DNA of 61,026 nt, filler included. It is 7 parts of 7 records of this genome, joined end to end, with 100 filler letters (N's around TTAATTAATTAA, not from the genome) between each part and the next. Parts side by side here need not be neighbours in the genome. Positions count along the whole stretch, not along the records: positions 9,611 to 25,239 come from SRR31156797_31157; 6 more parts are not named here. One strand, written 5' to 3'. Every line of letters starts with the position of its first letter. The first letter of the stretch is position 1. Shown one piece after another: positions 9,931 through 19,538 of the stretch. The notes under the pieces are model-generated. The model saw nothing but the letters and a program-made list of their open reading frames with translations. It was not told where the DNA came from and did no database searches. Position numbers and translations under genes: made by a program.

Positions 9931-10953
9931 ATGGCAGCAATGGGTTTAAAGGAAAGGTTCTGGAATCGGTTGAACGGAAAAGATGTGGACATGACCCCTT
10001 GGGGAAGCACCACCACATACGCGGTGACGGCGCTCATGGATCAATGCGGGTATGCCAGGCCCCTGGCGGACACGGACCCCGTGGCCATGACGGAGCTTTC
10101 CTATGCGGGGCACCGATACGGAGAGTTCGAGTGGGTCAAGGCCATGGGCTGGGATATCGTGGGATTAAGCGAAGCATTCGGCTGCAAGCTGGGAACGCCC
10201 CAGAAAGATATTCAGTATTCCATACAGGGACACCCCTATGCTGACGGCATTGATGACCTCGATTTCCCGTCTGATTTTCTGGAAAGAGGGAGATTCCCCA
10301 TGTTCAAGGAGCATTTTCGCCTGCTCAAGGAGAAAGTGGGGGATGAATTGATCATTTTCGGCGAAACGGAAGGGCCCTTTACCTGTGCCGCCAATCTGGT
10401 GGGAACCGAACAGTTCATGAAATGGATTTACAAGAAGCCGGAAAATGTTAAAAAGGTGTTGGAAGTGGCCCGGGAGGCTGCGGTGGCGGCGGTGAATTTT
10501 GCCTTTGACAACGGTGCCGATTATTATGTTTTTGCGGAACCCACCGCCGGACCCGCGCTCATCAGGCCGAAATTTTTTGAGAAATTCGCCCAGCCGGTGC
10601 TCAAAGATGTGGTGGATCGGGCAAAGGGGCCCGTGGTGCTCCATGTGTGCGGTAATTCGGACGGCGTTGTCGAAATGATGTGCCATACGGGTGTTGCGGG
10701 CATCAGTATCGAAGAAAAGGCCGACATGAAACGGGCGGTTGAAATCGCCCATAAAAAGGGCGTCAAGGTCTTCGGGAATGTGGCGACGGCCACAACCCTT
10801 TTCAGCGGCACGCCCCAGGAGGTCTACAAAGAGGCGACCCAGGCTCTAGAAAACGGCACCGATTTCATATGCCCCGGCTGCGGAATCGCGCCGCCCACCC
10901 CTTTGGAGAACCTTCATCAGATCAAGAAGGCGAGGGACGATTTTTTCTCATGA
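9931..10953 (+). CDS. MtaA/CmuA-family (UroD-fold) Zn-dependent methylcobamide:thiol methyltransferase
   Basis: 'GPFT.A..L.G', Zn ligands H-x-C ('LHVCG') and C-terminal 'PGCG'; GGAGGT RBS. Confidence 0.88.
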   Translation: MAAMGLKERFWNRLNGKDVDMTPWGSTTTYAVTALMDQCGYARPLADTDPVAMTELSYAGHRYGEFEWVKAMGWDIVGLSEAFGCKLGTPQKDIQYSIQGHPYADGIDDLDFPSDFLERGRFPMFKEHFRLLKEKVGDELIIFGETEGPFTCAANLVGTEQFMKWIYKKPENVKKVLEVAREAAVAAVNFAFDNGADYYVFAEPTAGPALIRPKFFEKFAQPVLKDVVDRAKGPVVLHVCGNSDGVVEMMCHTGVAGISIEEKADMKRAVEIAHKKGVKVFGNVATATTLFSGTPQEVYKEATQALENGTDFICPGCGIAPPTPLENLHQIKKARDDFFS

Positions 10954-10966
10954 TACCGTGATTTGG

Positions 10967-11004
10967 GCGAATGCCCCGTACCCCCTGAAACGGGGCATTC
11001 GCCG
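10967..11004 (+). terminator. Hairpin downstream of the MtaA-like gene
   Basis: GGCGAATGCCCCGT ... ACGGGGCATTCGCC 14-bp perfect stem; weak U-tract. Confidence 0.6.
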
Positions 11005-11858
11005 GCAAATTTAAAAGCCAGACCCACCGAACTGCCGGGCGGGTTGGCTCAGGTTTAGAGTACTGGGGCAGATAGATGCAGAAGGTCGTTAATGGTGTCT
11101 TCTTTCATCCCTCAACTCCTTGTTGGTTGGGTCGGGCCTCCAAAAGCTTCAATAACCTGGTATACCCGAGATTTTCCGCAATAGACCACAGGGCCTCGCC
11201 CAAAACGTCATCCTTTTCGGTGATATGAACTTTTCCATGATCTCCTCCCTTCGGATTCAATCAGTTTCCTATCCCCATCATAAACATATCCCTTATGAAT
11301 CAATTTTCTCAACCATACCTTTTCTGAAAAACATTCTAAATAAGATAAGTATTTTCATGCTTTAAAAGCAAGCCCTGATCATCAATACGTGTCCCGGAAC
11401 TCTCTATGGATGAGCACTTGCAATTTCCTCATGCATCAATTGACATCATCCCCCGTTTTCGTTAGATACATAACCATACTTTTTCATCCAGAAAAACTCC
11501 GATAAATCAAATCCTCAAATATGAGATCGACAGGAGGGTCGAAAGCAGAAGCGCCGGGGAGACTTCCGATCATTGAAGGTGCGGGTAGGTCGCTGGCATA
11601 CGGGTGCCAAACCGGGACCGTTGGGAGCTTTGTTCCAGGGTTCTGTCGAGAAGGGATGTTGTGGACCGCCTTTCCATGCCGTGGTGAAAGACGCCGTGTC
11701 CGAAATCCTCGCGGCCTTTCGCGAATGCCTAATTTAAACGGTTGGGCCAACCAGGCCTGGAAGAAAATTTCCAAGAAAAAAAAGGCAACCCGGAAATTAC
11801 CACCTTCCTATCCCTTGGCGTTACGAACATTTTCGACCCTATCCCATGAGGCAGTCCC

Positions 11859-13865
11859 ATGTGTAAGAACAGGAAAACCACATCTCCCCAGCAGTCCATG
11901 ATCCGGATTGTGGGGGAAATGGCGGGCCTTCTGACCCATGCCCGAATTCAGGATGACAACTTGAGGCAGACCCTTCGAATCCTCTGCCACGGCATTTCCG
12001 CCCATGCCGGTTATTTGTTCCGAAAAGTATTTGATCCATCCGGGGCATTTCAGATTGAGGCCATGAGCCGCTGGGCCGCCCATGATGAGGATGCCGCCAT
12101 GACCCTCTCGGCGGATGATATTCCGGATTCCATCTGGGAAGCCCTTGAGAAAAAAGAGATCGTTCAATCCGGGGAGTTCATTTCCCACAATCACCTTGGG
12201 GACCTATTCCTTCCTGTGTTTATGGGAGAAAATCTATCCGGGTTTATTCTTATTTCAGGTGCCCAAGCGGCAAATCCGACCCGGGAAGTTAAAGCCTTTC
12301 TGATAGCGGTGATCGGTGTTTTTGAACTCTGGTTCAGTAAAATGAATGAATCGAAAAAGGCCGATGATTTGCTTGATTTTGTGCCGATTCCCATGTTCAG
12401 GGTAAACACCGACGGCATTACAACGGCTTGGAACAGTGCTGTGGAGGAGATGACCGGATGGAAGGCCCCACGAGTCGTCGGCAAAGGAAATTATGAATAT
12501 GCCCTGCCTTTTTATGGTATACGACGTCCCATCATCGTCGATCTAATCATGAAGCCGGACCCCAAATGGGAAGCGACCTATCTGGATTACAACAGGGAAG
12601 GAGATATGGTTCGGTCCATGGCATTTATCCCGATGATAACGGGTGCGGGCCGATTTGTGACCGGCAACACGGCACGGATGCGCGATTTTAACGGGCGGGT
12701 TTTCGGGGCGGTTCATCATATTCGCGATATTACCCACGAACGGCAGGTGGAAAGCAGGCTGAAGAGTTCCGAGTCCATGTTCAAGACCATCACCGATTAT
12801 GCCGGACTTGGGATCGCGCTCTTTGGCAGAGAAAGAGCGTTCTATTACAACGAGCGATTTGAGAATCTCCTTTCGGCCTCTGGAAAGGAGATCGACTTGC
12901 AGGATTTATTGAATGCGGTTCCCAAGGAGGAACAGGAAAAAGTCCGGTTCCGCCTGCAAAAAATGTTTGACGGAACGGAAAAGGGGCCGCTGAGGTTGGC
13001 ACTTCAAGTAAAGACGGAAGCCCGGGATCTTCATTACAGCAGCTATGCTCAAATGTTGGAATATGAAGGCTCTCCCACCATATGTTTTATTCTGGATGAT
13101 ACGACCGAACTGAAGGAGATGGCCGAGAAGGCACGGTTGAATGAATTGAAATTGTACCATGAGGATCGTCTGGCCGCTCTGGGGACCATGGCCGCGGGAA
13201 TTGCCCATGAATTGAACCAACCCCTGAACACCATTCGGGTGGTCACGGACGGTCTTTTCTTCGGAAAAGAGGAGGGGTGGTCTTTGGATGAAGAGGAACT
13301 CTTCGACAGCCTGGAGATGGTGACGCAACAGGTTGCAAGGATGAGTGAGGTCATATGGAATATTCGGAATTTCGCCAGAGAGGATCGCATGCCGCTTTCT
13401 TTGGATGTCCATGCGAATCAAGCCATTAATAACGTATTTTCCATGATCGGAAGCCAGCTTGAGGCACATGGTATTCGGGTTCGTAAAGAATTGGAAAACA
13501 AACTTCCCCCTTTGAGGGCGCACCCAAACCGTTTGGAACAGGTGATCATGAACCTGGTGGTGAATGCCCGCCAGGCCTTGGACGAATGCGGTCATGATCA
13601 TAAGGAGCTTTGGGTGCAGACCGGTGTGAGAGACAAAGCGGTGTTCATCAAGGTTGGCGACAATGCCACAGGTATACCCGAGGACCTAAAGCGTAAGATA
13701 TTTGATCCCTTTTTTACCACCAAAGAAGCGGGAAAGGGAACAGGTTTGGGGCTCACCATTACCCAATCCATTATCGAAGAGTTTGAGGGGCGGATTGAGG
13801 CATTCAATAATGAAAAGGGCGGGAGCACTTTTGTGGTAACGGTCCCTGAAGGAGGGCAGGTTTGA
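11859..13865 (+). CDS. Cytoplasmic PAS-domain sensor histidine kinase (NtrB-like)
   Basis: GAF-like N-terminus, two PAS domains, H-box 'GIAHELNQPL', N-box 'QVIMNLVVNA', 'DPFFTTK..GKGTGLGL'; no TM helix; start codon uncertain (could be ATG 11898). Confidence 0.93.
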   Translation: MCKNRKTTSPQQSMIRIVGEMAGLLTHARIQDDNLRQTLRILCHGISAHAGYLFRKVFDPSGAFQIEAMSRWAAHDEDAAMTLSADDIPDSIWEALEKKEIVQSGEFISHNHLGDLFLPVFMGENLSGFILISGAQAANPTREVKAFLIAVIGVFELWFSKMNESKKADDLLDFVPIPMFRVNTDGITTAWNSAVEEMTGWKAPRVVGKGNYEYALPFYGIRRPIIVDLIMKPDPKWEATYLDYNREGDMVRSMAFIPMITGAGRFVTGNTARMRDFNGRVFGAVHHIRDITHERQVESRLKSSESMFKTITDYAGLGIALFGRERAFYYNERFENLLSASGKEIDLQDLLNAVPKEEQEKVRFRLQKMFDGTEKGPLRLALQVKTEARDLHYSSYAQMLEYEGSPTICFILDDTTELKEMAEKARLNELKLYHEDRLAALGTMAAGIAHELNQPLNTIRVVTDGLFFGKEEGWSLDEEELFDSLEMVTQQVARMSEVIWNIRNFAREDRMPLSLDVHANQAINNVFSMIGSQLEAHGIRVRKELENKLPPLRAHPNRLEQVIMNLVVNARQALDECGHDHKELWVQTGVRDKAVFIKVGDNATGIPEDLKRKIFDPFFTTKEAGKGTGLGLTITQSIIEEFEGRIEAFNNEKGGSTFVVTVPEGGQV

Positions 13866-15316
13866 ACATCCTTTTAATAGACGACGAACCGGTTGTGCGA
13901 AAGAGTCTTTCCCATTTCTTGACGAAATCGGGCCACCGGGTCGTCTGTGTCGCTGATGGGATGGAAGGTCTTCGGGAATTTCATTCCCAGGACTTCAACC
14001 TGGTTATTACGGATATCCGCATGCCCCGCATGGACGGCCAGGAATTCCTGAGGCGCACCAAAATGATCGAGCGAACTCCCGTGGACATCATTGTAATTAC
14101 CGGTCACGGGGATATGGCCAACGCCATCAAGGCCTTGAAATACGGGGCCTACGATTACCTTCTGAAACCGATCGATGTCCGGGAATTGACCATTACCATG
14201 GAACGTTGTGCGGAGTATACGGCCCTGAGGACCAACTACACCCGTCTCAAGAAGGAATTCAATGATCAGGTTGAAGCCAAAACGCGGACGGTTCTGGGGC
14301 AGGCGGAACAGTTGCGGGCCGCCTATCTCGAAGAAATAGGGCTGGACCGTCTGTGCGTCTATTCCGAAGCCATGCGGCAAGTTATTCATCAGGCAGAGCA
14401 GTATAGTTCGGAAAAGGAGATTCCCGTTTTGATTGAGGGGGAGAGTGGGACCGGAAAGGAACTGGTTGCCAGGTACGTCCATCACTACGGGCAGGCAAGC
14501 GCGGTTGTGCCGTTTGTGGCCATAAACTGCGGGGCCGTATCACGGGAGCTTTTTGAAGGAGAGCTCTTCGGTCATGAACCGGGCGCCTATACCGGTGCCA
14601 CGGTCAAAGGTCGCATGGGTAAGTTTGAAGCGGCCCATGGCGGCACCATTTTTCTGGATGAAATCGGTGAGATGCCCCTCACCCTCCAGGTAAAGCTTTT
14701 GCGGGTCCTGGAAGAAAAAAGGATTTGTCGACTTGGCGGCGTCAAGGAAATCCCGGTGGATATCCGGATTATCTGCGCCACCAATAAAGACTTGGCCAGG
14801 GAGGTGGATGAGAAGCGATTTCGTCTGGATCTATTCTATCGGATCAACACGGGGAGCATCCGCATACCTCCCTTGAGGGAACGTCGCGACGATATCCTGC
14901 CGTTGGCCCTTCATTTTATAAACAGAGCCTATGCGCGCAGGGGGAAGTCATTTGATCGGTTTACCCCGGAAGCAGAGGCATTCCTCTTTTCCTTCCCTTG
15001 GCCCGGAAATGTTCGTCAGCTTAAAAACGCCATGGAACATGTGGCGTTGACGGCGGTCCTGGACCGCGTCGGTAGGGAAGAACTTTCCTTCATGGACGAG
15101 CAGAATCATGCAATGGCGCACACCATTAAGAGCAGGCCCGTTTTAAGGCTTGAGGAATTTAATTTGCCGGAAGACAATCTGGATCTGGAAAGGCTGAACC
15201 AACACATTATCCTGAAGGCAATGGAGAAGAACAATGGAAACCAGACAAAAACGGCTCAATATCTGGGCATCTCCCGAAGGGTCCTTCAGGGACGGCTGAA
15301 AAAATGGGGCCTTTGA
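13862..15316 (+). CDS. sigma54-dependent response regulator (REC-AAA+-Fis HTH, NtrC family)
   Basis: REC 'DIRMP', Walker A 'GESGTGKE', 'GAYTGA', 'FLDEIGEM', 'WPGNVRQL', C-terminal HTH; overlaps the kinase stop. Confidence 0.96.
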   Translation: MNILLIDDEPVVRKSLSHFLTKSGHRVVCVADGMEGLREFHSQDFNLVITDIRMPRMDGQEFLRRTKMIERTPVDIIVITGHGDMANAIKALKYGAYDYLLKPIDVRELTITMERCAEYTALRTNYTRLKKEFNDQVEAKTRTVLGQAEQLRAAYLEEIGLDRLCVYSEAMRQVIHQAEQYSSEKEIPVLIEGESGTGKELVARYVHHYGQASAVVPFVAINCGAVSRELFEGELFGHEPGAYTGATVKGRMGKFEAAHGGTIFLDEIGEMPLTLQVKLLRVLEEKRICRLGGVKEIPVDIRIICATNKDLAREVDEKRFRLDLFYRINTGSIRIPPLRERRDDILPLALHFINRAYARRGKSFDRFTPEAEAFLFSFPWPGNVRQLKNAMEHVALTAVLDRVGREELSFMDEQNHAMAHTIKSRPVLRLEEFNLPEDNLDLERLNQHIILKAMEKNNGNQTKTAQYLGISRRVLQGRLKKWGL

Positions 15317-15414
15317 GGGAAAGCTGCCCTTTCAAGTCCGCCATTTGATGCCGCACTCTCCATCAGCAAGATAGAAACACCATATTATCTCCATTCTGAG
15401 GGTCATTTTTTTCT

Positions 15415-15460
15415 GCCCCAAACCGGGCAAAAGCACCGTTTGGTGCGCCCCCATCCGTGC
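15415..15460. promoter_or_regulatory. Putative upstream activator sites: three tandem GC[A/C]C-N6-G[G/T]GC palindromes
   Basis: GCCC-caaacc-GGGC (15415-28), GCAC-cgtttg-GTGC (15433-46), GCCC-ccatcc-GTGC (15447-60), about 75-120 bp upstream of the -24 element. Confidence 0.55.
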
Positions 15461-15493
15461 AACGCTTCGCCAACCTCAAAGTCTCGGTCTTTT

Positions 15494-15506
15494 CAATTCA
15501 CTGATT
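15494..15506 (-). promoter_or_regulatory. IHF binding site
   Basis: AATCAGTGAATTG on the minus strand fits WATCAR-N4-TTR; it lies between the UAS and the -24/-12 element. Confidence 0.6.
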
Positions 15507-15535
15507 TCATAACGTTTTATATCCGTGCCCGGTTT

Positions 15536-15551
15536 TGGCATCCCTGTTGCA
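15536..15551 (+). promoter_or_regulatory. sigma54 (-24/-12) promoter of the methyltransferase/TRAP operon
   Basis: TGGCATCCCTGTTGCA with correct GG-N10-GC spacing, directly downstream of a sigma54 activator gene. Confidence 0.85.
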
Positions 15552-15596
15552 CTGATGAACAACCATTGAATCTCAACTCCGGATATATCATTTTTT

Positions 15597-16391
15597 ATGT
15601 TGATCATCGCTGAAAGGATCAATGCCTCCCGCAGGTATATTGCATCGGCTATTTCTTCTGAAAACAGATCGTTTATTCAGAACGAGGCCAAGGCCCAGGC
15701 CTTGGCCGGCGCGGACTACATTGATGTGAACGCCGGAATATTTGAAAGAGAAGAAGCAGACCGGCTCAAATGGGTGATTGAGGCGGTTCAGGAGGTAACG
15801 GATGTGCCGTTGTCCATCGACAGCCCCGATCCCAAAGTCATCAAGGCGGTTCTGGGCAGTGTAAATGAGAGGCCCATCATAAATTCCATTACCCTTGAAC
15901 CCACACGGTTGGAAGGTATTTTGCCCCTGGTGGCCGGGCATAACACCAAAGTGATCGGCCTCTGTCAGTCGGGAGATACCACCGCCGAAACCGTTGAGGC
16001 CAAGGTTAGGCTGGCCGGCCGGTTGGTGGAACGGGTTACCGCCGCGGGCATTTCCCTGGATGACCTCTATATCGATCCTTTGGTATACCCCATCGCCACC
16101 AATCCCCAATCCGCCATGGCGACCATGCAGGCCATCGAGCGGATCATGACGGAGTTTCCCGGTGTTCACACCACCTGTGGTTTGACCAACGTCTCTTACG
16201 GGCTTCCGAACCGAAAACTCATCAATCGAATTTTTCTTGTTGCGGCCATTTCCCGCGGTTTGGACACGGCTATTTTGGACCCAACGGACACACAATTGTA
16301 CGCCGCCATGAAAGCGGCATGGATGGTGTCCGGTAAAGATGACTTTTGCTCGGAATATATCGGCGCATTCAGGGAGGGGCGTTTCGAATAA
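15597..16391 (+). CDS. Methylcorrinoid:tetrahydrofolate methyltransferase (AcsE/MT2, pterin-binding family), copy 1
   Basis: 'MLIIAERIN', 'GADYIDVNAG', 'PLSIDS', 'INSIT', 'IDPLV', 'GLTNVSYGLP.RKLINR.F'. Confidence 0.92.
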   Translation: MLIIAERINASRRYIASAISSENRSFIQNEAKAQALAGADYIDVNAGIFEREEADRLKWVIEAVQEVTDVPLSIDSPDPKVIKAVLGSVNERPIINSITLEPTRLEGILPLVAGHNTKVIGLCQSGDTTAETVEAKVRLAGRLVERVTAAGISLDDLYIDPLVYPIATNPQSAMATMQAIERIMTEFPGVHTTCGLTNVSYGLPNRKLINRIFLVAAISRGLDTAILDPTDTQLYAAMKAAWMVSGKDDFCSEYIGAFREGRFE

Positions 16392-16508
16392 AGGTTTCGG
16401 TAACAAACCGTTGTGCCGACCCTTACAGGGAAGAAAGGAGGTGCGTTTCGACAATCGGCTAGGGTGTTTTGTAGGTTATTCATTCAAATGAAAAGGAGGA
16501 CATGTCAA

Positions 16509-17540
16509 ATGAAAAAAAACAGGGTTATCATACTACTTATTGCCGCCTTAATTTCGTTTTCTTTTCTCATAGGCCCGGCCATGGCCGCGGACAAACCCAT
16601 AAAGTGGAAAGCACAGTCCATGTGGAGCGCGGCGGAGTTGTCGCACAAAACCTTTGTGGACTTCTGCGCAAGGGTCAAGGTCCTTACAAACGGGCGGTTG
16701 GAGATAACACCCTATTCCGCCGGCACCCTCGTACCCACATTCGAGGCCCTGGATGCGCTTCAGAATAACGTCATTCAATGCATGCATATGTGGTCCGGTT
16801 ATTTCAGCGGCAAGGAACCCGGGTTTTCACCCATCTCCGATCTGGTCGCCGCTTACTCAGACCCCTGGCAGAAGGATGCCTGGATGTACTACAAGGGGGG
16901 CTGGGAGATGCTCAACGAGATGTACAAGCCTTACAACGCCTATGCGGTGGGGTGGATGTTCTGGGGCATCGAATCCATGGTTTCCACACAGTCCATCAGC
17001 AAGATGGAGGATTTCAAAGGCTTGAAAATGCGGGTGCCCCAAGGTATGACGGCCATGCTGTTCCAGGAACTGGGCGCCTCCGTGGTGGTGCTGCCGGGTG
17101 GAGAGGTTTACTCGGCCCTTGATAAGGGCGTGATCAACACCAGCGACTGGGCTTCCCCTTCCATGAACCAGCGGATGGGTTTTTTCCAGGTGGCCAAATA
17201 TACCAACTATCCGGGTTTCCACTCCATGCCCATGGCCAGTTTTACCGTCAACATCAATGAATGGAACAAACTGCCCGATGACATCAAACAGATCCTGAAA
17301 ACAGCCTGTCGTGAATGGTGCTGGGACAGCATTGAACGGATTGCCATCGACGATATCAGGGCTCTGAAAGAGATGAAAGAAAAGGGTGTCACGGTCCAGA
17401 CCTGGAGCAAAGAGGACCTGACCCGGGTCCGTGCCAAAGCCATGAATATGTGGGATGAGTTCGCCAAAAAGAGCCCCATGGCAAAGAAGGTCATCGATTC
17501 ACAAAAAGAATGGCTGCGGGAACTGAAGTTGATTGATTAG
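16509..17540 (+). CDS. dctP: TRAP transporter substrate-binding protein
   Basis: AGGAGG RBS, signal peptide ending AMA, 'KGLKMRVP', 'GGEVYSALDKGVI'; followed by DctQ/M. Confidence 0.93.
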   Translation: MKKNRVIILLIAALISFSFLIGPAMAADKPIKWKAQSMWSAAELSHKTFVDFCARVKVLTNGRLEITPYSAGTLVPTFEALDALQNNVIQCMHMWSGYFSGKEPGFSPISDLVAAYSDPWQKDAWMYYKGGWEMLNEMYKPYNAYAVGWMFWGIESMVSTQSISKMEDFKGLKMRVPQGMTAMLFQELGASVVVLPGGEVYSALDKGVINTSDWASPSMNQRMGFFQVAKYTNYPGFHSMPMASFTVNINEWNKLPDDIKQILKTACREWCWDSIERIAIDDIRALKEMKEKGVTVQTWSKEDLTRVRAKAMNMWDEFAKKSPMAKKVIDSQKEWLRELKLID

Positions 17541-17659
17541 CCGATTAAGGTGAACATCGGGGAGAAAGGGGGGCCGCGGCCTTTCTTTCTTCATCCTGCC
17601 CATGAAAAAAATGAAGCCGGTGAATGGGCCTCATTGCAATGTGGCCTTGGGCATAGGGA

Positions 17660-18166
17660 GTGAGTATGAAGAAGCTATTGTCTTTCATTGATGCCGTATC
17701 CACTTTTGTGGGAAAGGCCGGGAGCTGGCTTATCCTGTTGGTTGTGGGGTTCATCGTCTATGAGATCGTGATGCGGTATGTCTTTCACCTTCCCACCCTT
17801 TGGGTCAGCGAAGCAATGGTTTTCGGGTGCGGCATGAGTTACGTGCTGGGTGCCGCCTGGACCCTTAGGGAGAACCGTCACGTGAAAATCGATTTGATTT
17901 ACGGCAGGCTGACGGCCAGGCGACGGGCCGCCATAGATGCGATCACCTACCTCTTTTTCGCCCTCTACATGGGGGTGTTCTTGTGGGCCGCCGGCAAATA
18001 CACGTGGCAGTCCATACTGGTGGGGGAGACCACCAGTTCGGCATGGGACCCACCGGTTTATCCCATTAAAATAGCCCTGGTCGTGGGAGCAGCCCTGCTG
18101 CTGCTTCAGGGAACCGCAAAATTCATTCGGGATCTGCACTTCGCCATCAAAGGTAGGGAACTATGA
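17660..18166 (+). CDS. dctQ: TRAP transporter small permease
   Basis: 4 TM; 'EIVMRYVF..PT.W..E', 'HVKIDLIY'. Confidence 0.93.
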   Translation: MSMKKLLSFIDAVSTFVGKAGSWLILLVVGFIVYEIVMRYVFHLPTLWVSEAMVFGCGMSYVLGAAWTLRENRHVKIDLIYGRLTARRRAAIDAITYLFFALYMGVFLWAAGKYTWQSILVGETTSSAWDPPVYPIKIALVVGAALLLLQGTAKFIRDLHFAIKGREL

Positions 18167-19479
18167 GCATTGAATTCATTACCATTCTGCTGCTGGCTAC
18201 TTTCATTTTGCTGCTGGTGACCGGTCTGCCCCTGGCCTGGGTGATGGGCGCCACGGCGGTCATTTTTTCCCTGGTCCTGTTCGGCCCCAACGTGATGGTG
18301 ATGATGGTGGGCAGGGTTTACCGAATGATGCTCAACTACGCCCTTGTTGCCGTGCCGTTGTTTATTTTTATGGCCGCAATACTGCAACAATCGGGCGTGG
18401 CCGATCAACTGTTTAAGGCCGTCTATATATGGTCCGGGCCTTTCAGGGGCGGGCTGGCCATCGGTACCGTTATCTCCTGCATCATCATGGCCGCCATGGT
18501 GGGCGTTGTGGGGGCTGAAATCGTGACGTTCGGCATGATCGCCCTGCCCGGCATGCTGGCGCGGAAATATGATGGGAAGATCGCCCTGGGAAGCATCTGT
18601 GCCGGTGGCGGCATGGCCACCTTGATCCCCCCCAGTGTTGTCTTTATCGTCTATGCCATGACCGCGGGCGCTTCCGTGGGGGAACTGTTTATCGCCGGCA
18701 TCATTCCGGGCCTTCTCTTGGGTGCCCTGTTCATCGGGTATATCGTTGTGGCCACCTGGCTCAAGCCGGAAATGGCCCCTGCGGCCCCTGAAGGGGAACG
18801 TAACATTCCACTTGGAGAAAAACTGACCTTGCTCAAAGGGCTGATCATGCCCGGGCTCCTTGCCGCAATGGTCCTGGGATCCATCTATGCCGGTGTGGCA
18901 ACACCCTCGGAAGCGGCCGGGATCGGTTGCCTGGGGGCGCTCATCTCCGCCGCCATTAACCGCAGACTGACCTTTGAGGGTGTCAAAACGGCGCTCTACG
19001 ATACCGTGAAAGTCTCATGCATGTTGGCCTGGTTGTTTTTTGGGGCGCAGACCATCATCGGCGTCTACACCCTTGCGGGCGGCGATCAATTCGTCAGGAA
19101 TATGGTTATGGCGCTCCCCTTCGGCAAGTGGGGCGCCATCATCGGCATGCAGTTGATCCTGATTTTTCTGGGCATGTTCCTGGACTGGATCGGGATCGTT
19201 TTGCTGACCATGCCCCTTTTTGTACCCATTATTCTGGACCTGGGTTTCGACAATGTCTGGTTCGGTGTGGTTTTCTGTATGAATATGCACATTTCTTACT
19301 TGTCCCCGCCATTTGGACCGTCCATTTTTTATCTGAAGAGCGTCGTAGGGGATGAGATACCGGTGGGCGCCATCTACAGGGCAAACATGCCGTATCTGTG
19401 GCTTACGGTGGTTGCCCTGATCATCGTCGTTGCCTTTCCGGAATTGTCTCTGTGGCTCCCGAGCGTTATGCTCAAATGA
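18163..19479 (+). CDS. dctM: TRAP transporter large permease
   Basis: 'LVAVPLFIFM', 'GGLAIG', 'LIPPS', 'ATPSEAA', 'LSPPFG'; ATGA overlap with dctQ. Confidence 0.95.
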   Translation: MSIEFITILLLATFILLLVTGLPLAWVMGATAVIFSLVLFGPNVMVMMVGRVYRMMLNYALVAVPLFIFMAAILQQSGVADQLFKAVYIWSGPFRGGLAIGTVISCIIMAAMVGVVGAEIVTFGMIALPGMLARKYDGKIALGSICAGGGMATLIPPSVVFIVYAMTAGASVGELFIAGIIPGLLLGALFIGYIVVATWLKPEMAPAAPEGERNIPLGEKLTLLKGLIMPGLLAAMVLGSIYAGVATPSEAAGIGCLGALISAAINRRLTFEGVKTALYDTVKVSCMLAWLFFGAQTIIGVYTLAGGDQFVRNMVMALPFGKWGAIIGMQLILIFLGMFLDWIGIVLLTMPLFVPIILDLGFDNVWFGVVFCMNMHISYLSPPFGPSIFYLKSVVGDEIPVGAIYRANMPYLWLTVVALIIVVAFPELSLWLPSVMLK

Positions 19480-19538
19480 GTCCTAATTTGAAACGATTAC
19501 ACAACCATGAAGGAAATAGAATCTAAAGGAGTAAACGG

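Noticed and set aside
10951-11058. TGA stop of the MtaA-like gene followed by a hairpin and an open frame (possible selenocysteine readthrough)
   Set aside because: The protein already ends at the normal MtaA C-terminus, the extension is not protein-like, and the 14-bp GC stem looks like a terminator or stabiliser rather than a SECIS
11521-11901. 126-aa ORF upstream of the kinase
   Set aside because: No RBS or recognisable motif and atypical composition; not called as a CDS
16433-16443. Extra perfect Shine-Dalgarno-like AAAGGAGGTG upstream of dctP
   Set aside because: No properly spaced start codon follows and the real dctP RBS is at ~16493; no function can be supported
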